Positions 63,972 through 64,000 of a stretch of DNA of 64,000 nt are shown here, one piece after another (within the stretch, counting starts at the first letter, position 1; each line of letters opens with the position of its first letter). This stretch comes from Alphaproteobacteria bacterium (GTDB lineage: Bacteria > Pseudomonadota > Alphaproteobacteria > UBA9219 > RFNS01): positions 42,416 to 106,415 of the forward strand of contig JBBCGY010000001.1 of assembly GCA_037200005.1 (NCBI GenBank), written 5' to 3'. The notes beneath the pieces are model-generated. The model saw nothing but the letters and a program-made list of their open reading frames with translations, made no database searches and had not been told where the DNA came from. The translations under genes were made by a program, and so were the position numbers.

Positions 63972-64000
63972 AAACTGTCCGTTCTTGCATAGCCTCTGCA

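Noticed and set aside
27188-64000. One large ICE integrated at the 3' end of tRNA-Lys and extending to the T4BSS genes.
   Set aside because: The intervening 19 kb encodes housekeeping functions (rsmB, cca, upp, pepN, nhaA) at host-like composition. The integrase lies on the other side of the tRNA.
1-64000. CRISPR arrays, rRNA genes, transposase-encoding IS elements, retron or DGR signatures.
   Set aside because: No regularly spaced direct repeats, rRNA-like conserved blocks, DDE/transposase or reverse-transcriptase motifs were seen in any frame while reading the window.

Overview
The window has three parts. All family assignments come from motifs and gene order read by eye; no database search was run.

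**(1) Positions 1 to about 27,100: a mosaic, visibly more AT-rich genomic island.**
- It ends in an excisionase-like gene, a tyrosine integrase and tRNA-Lys(UUU).
- It carries a type I restriction-modification operon. hsdM and hsdR are each broken by single-base indels. hsdS and three interleaved cargo genes are intact: a wHTH+TM protein, a 484-aa coiled-coil 2-TM protein and a Fic enzyme.
- It carries an XRE regulator paired with a 376-aa protein I cannot place in any family. An inverted paralog of that protein lies 11 kb away.
- It carries a four-gene translationally coupled small-ORF operon ending in a LuxR/GerE regulator.
- It carries an Rhs/YD polymorphic-toxin locus. The locus has a 1793-aa HAF-repeat Rhs protein, an orphan Rhs C-terminal cassette created by a 756-bp direct repeat, two secreted Sel1-repeat proteins and a small membrane protein.

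**(2) About 27,100 to 46,000: GC-rich, core-looking chromosome.** It encodes REC-EAL, REC and hybrid histidine kinase genes, rsmB, cca, upp, a PagL-like hydrolase, pepN, a glycosyltransferase/flippase-like/thioesterase cluster and nhaA.

**(3) 46,025 to the right edge: an unbroken minus-strand array.**
- IncI/Dot-Icm type IVB secretion genes (dotD-dotC-dotB-icmT order) are joined to an R64-like type IVb thin-pilus operon. That operon has a PilL-like protein, PilN secretin, PilO, PilP, PilQ ATPase, PilR platform and three tandem pilin paralogs.
- The array runs straight into nhaA.
- A 263-bp MITE-like element with 26-bp perfect terminal inverted repeats and a TA duplication sits exactly in the pilN stop / pilO start junction.

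No rRNA, CRISPR array or transposase gene was seen. Composition and gene content suggest an alphaproteobacterium, but that is inference only.
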